A stretch of DNA of 63,252 bases from Candidatus Nomurabacteria bacterium (GTDB taxonomy: Bacteria; Patescibacteriota; Minisyncoccia; Phycocordibacterales; UBA9973). The position numbers were made by a program, and so were the translations under genes. Where the stretch lies: contig JBAXFQ010000003.1 in assembly GCA_037139835.1 (NCBI GenBank), forward strand, positions 1 through 63,252. Direction: 5' to 3'. Under the pieces are notes generated by a model. The model had not been told where the DNA came from, searched no databases, and saw nothing but the letters and a program-made list of their open reading frames with translations. Below are positions 61,262-63,252 of the stretch, one piece after another (the stretch's first letter is position 1; each line of letters starts with the position of its first letter).

Positions 61262-63252
61262 TTATTTACAGGCTGGACCTGTTATAGCAGCAGAAAGTGT
61301 TGTCACTACACCACTACTATCAGTACAATAGAAAGCTGGTGTACTTTGGATATTTGTTGGTGAATTATTAGTCTTTAGTGTGAAGAGAGGTGCAGAGAGA
61401 GCCCAGGCACCAGATGTGGAATAGCAAGATCCGGCTCCGTTTGTCGCTGTAAGTAGAGATATCATAGAATTAGATATTGCACTTATCGCTGTATCAGCTC
61501 CTTTAGCATGTCCCTGAGGAGAGAAGAGAGATCCAGGATTTGGATTTGTACAACTCCCCATCGGATTGGACCTAAGTCCGTATGATCCAATAGCATTTTT
61601 AAATAGAGTTGCTTCTGGTTTGAAAACAGAGATTATATTTTTTATTTTTGTGTCTTTAATATTTTTTACAAAATCTTCTACTTTTATACTATCGGTAGGC
61701 ATTGATATATTATTATCAACATCGATATCATAGAAAGTCGTCATCCAATTTAGATTAACTTCATTTCCTGCTATTCCACTATCGTTTAACCCCAAGACTT
61801 TAGACAGAGGAACATTCAAAATAAATTTAAATTGATATATATTTTGATCGTTTTTACCAATCCATACTTCAAAAGAATTTATATCTGATGCACCAATAGC
61901 CGCATCCATATTTGTTTTCTGATCAGGGGACAGTTGTGCAATTAGAAGTTCAGCAAGGTCTCCGAGCATCTTCTTTGTCACAGGACGACTAGCAGTCATC
62001 TCATAATGATAAGTATCTACTCCATGAATAAATTCACTTTCCATCTCTCTATATTCCAAAGCCCCAACAAATTCTTTAGAAATAGAAGCTAATTCATTCT
62101 TTACATATAAAGGAACATCACTGGAAAGGATGTTATAAATATCTATTTTTTTAATTATATCTTGAGTTGGAGCTCCTAATTCGTTTGTTATCATCCCCAA
62201 TTGATTTGGTTCCATTGAGACCACAGCAGGAGCTGGGGCATCTTTATCAAAAATCTGTTTCAGATCAGGTATTGATACGTAAAGATTAGACCCATCATAT
62301 TTCCAATCAGTTGTAATATCATTCTTTAAGAGAGAACTCTTTAAGTTAAAAATATAATCTGTTTTTATTTTACCGTTATTATTATCACTTGAACCTTTAA
62401 TATTTACTGAGACGGAATCCTTTTCTTTTGAAGTTACTACTTCCCCACTGGATAAGCCTGTCGTTATATTTGAAAGAGAAGGAGAAGTTATGGAAATGTT
62501 AGTTTCTGATTTATAAGATTTAAAATTAGACAAAGCCAAAGGGGTGTTAAGTATAATAGTCTTAGGGTCTTTTTTTACAACAGACAAACTAAAATCTGAG
62601 CCAGGAAGCTTTAAATATCCTTCAACAAAAGCAAAAATCATTCCACTAATTATACTGATAATCAAAATAGCAATCCCTAGCTTTAAAAATATATTTGTCT
62701 TTTTAGGAGCAACTACTTCACTCTCTTTACTAGAAGATAATATCGCTTGAGAGTATGATGATATCATCGCATTTTTAGGAGAATTATCTGCCATATTAAA
62801 CATAGAAACTAATGGTTTTATGGGAACAGCTTGTTGTGTTGGTTGTGTTGGTTTTACAGGAATAGATATTTGTTGAATAGGTTGGATCTTCTGAACTGGA
62901 ACAATCGAATCCATTACAGGTTTAGACGATATTTCTTTATTAATATATGGAACTATAGGAGCATTTTCTCCTATTTTATTTATTTTAATTTCTGGAGAAG
63001 AAACGTTAAGATTATTATTTATATTTAAAACACTTGAGACACTTGTCTCTGGAACAAACATACTACTGGTTTCTGTATTTGTTTTTATTTCTGGAGTAGA
63101 AAAATTAGGTGACTTATTGATCACAGGAATTAAATCTTCATTTCTATTTTCTGGCCTAGATAATTCTAACTTATTTAATTCTATAAAAGAAGGGCGAATT
63201 TCTGGTGTTTGTACTATTTCTGGTGTTTGTACTATTTCTGGTGTTTGTACTA
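61262..63252 (-). CDS. membrane-anchored protein with a repeat/Pro-rich N-terminal region and a Cys-containing C-terminal domain; 5' end probably outside the window
   Basis: The ORF-track start at 63124 is a GTG. The same frame stays open to the right window edge (…VQTPEIVQTPEIVQTPEIRPSFIELNKLELSRPENRNEDLIPVINK…). TM helix IFLKLGIAILIISIISGMIFAFV. Confidence 0.7.
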   Translation of the reverse strand, partial: VQTPEIVQTPEIVQTPEIRPSFIELNKLELSRPENRNEDLIPVINKSPNFSTPEIKTNTETSSMFVPETSVSSVLNINNNLNVSSPEIKINKIGENAPIVPYINKEISSKPVMDSIVPVQKIQPIQQISIPVKPTQPTQQAVPIKPLVSMFNMADNSPKNAMISSYSQAILSSSKESEVVAPKKTNIFLKLGIAILIISIISGMIFAFVEGYLKLPGSDFSLSVVKKDPKTIILNTPLALSNFKSYKSETNISITSPSLSNITTGLSSGEVVTSKEKDSVSVNIKGSSDNNNGKIKTDYIFNLKSSLLKNDITTDWKYDGSNLYVSIPDLKQIFDKDAPAPAVVSMEPNQLGMITNELGAPTQDIIKKIDIYNILSSDVPLYVKNELASISKEFVGALEYREMESEFIHGVDTYHYEMTASRPVTKKMLGDLAELLIAQLSPDQKTNMDAAIGASDINSFEVWIGKNDQNIYQFKFILNVPLSKVLGLNDSGIAGNEVNLNWMTTFYDIDVDNNISMPTDSIKVEDFVKNIKDTKIKNIISVFKPEATLFKNAIGSYGLRSNPMGSCTNPNPGSLFSPQGHAKGADTAISAISNSMISLLTATNGAGSCYSTSGAWALSAPLFTLKTNNSPTNIQSTPAFYCTDSSGVVTTLSAAITGPACK
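63199..63252 (-). repeat. perfect 18-nt tandem repeat x3 (TTTCTGGTGTTTGTACTA), in frame, encoding PEIVQT repeats; it may continue beyond the window
   Basis: 63199-63216, 63217-63234 and 63235-63252 are identical. Confidence 0.95.

Noticed and set aside
1-63252. Alternative genetic code (UGA as a sense codon, as in some candidate phyla).
   Set aside because: Long conserved genes are intact under the standard code. TGA terminates several genes at positions consistent with homologue lengths (41730, 50685, 56215).

Overview
This is a visibly AT-rich, gene-dense 63,252-nt window. It reads cleanly under the standard bacterial code: TGA terminates several well-delimited genes (41730, 50685, 56215), so there is no UGA recoding. 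Roughly 50 of about 55 genes are on the minus strand. The gene content suggests a small-genome Patescibacteria/CPR-like bacterium, but that is inference only.

Layout, left to right:
- 1-9384: a giant secreted repeat protein. It is absent from the ORF track because it runs off the left edge.
- 9476-10264: an HTH-TM gene, a GIY-YIG gene bracketed by perfect 14-nt inverted repeats, and a four-site operator-like array.
- 10699-15252: a five-gene secreted/TM surface-fibre-like cluster, flanked by near-identical paralogues exactly 3,900 nt apart. A standalone sigma-70 region-4 protein lies next to it.
- 15959-20480: an interrupted str operon (rpsL-rpsG / fusA), an M50 protease and rpmB.
- 20518-27876: a split ComEC with an oppositely oriented Fe/Mn-SOD-like gene between the halves. 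The module is bracketed by two copies of a ~100-nt structured element with covarying helices. It is followed by rnhA, recJ, pgk and tpiA.
- 27909-34408: a type IV pilus block (pilB, pilC, three prepilin-like genes, a PilX-like protein).
- 34474-41454: a cobalamin-riboswitch operon (DUF4430-like, alpha/alpha-toroid protein, thioredoxin-like, DsbB-like) beside a class II B12-dependent RNR.
- 41730-57993: transporters, a GH130/sugar-nucleotide cluster, a Clp-like AAA+ gene split by a single in-frame TAA, and an NTase-Nudix fusion flanked on both sides by PH-domain membrane proteins.
- 58025-63252: surface-protein genes bracketed by repeats of the tRNA-His 3' end, the tRNA-His gene itself, and a membrane protein that runs off the right edge.

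No rRNA, CRISPR array, integrase or transposase was seen. All functional calls come from motif recognition by eye. No database search was run.
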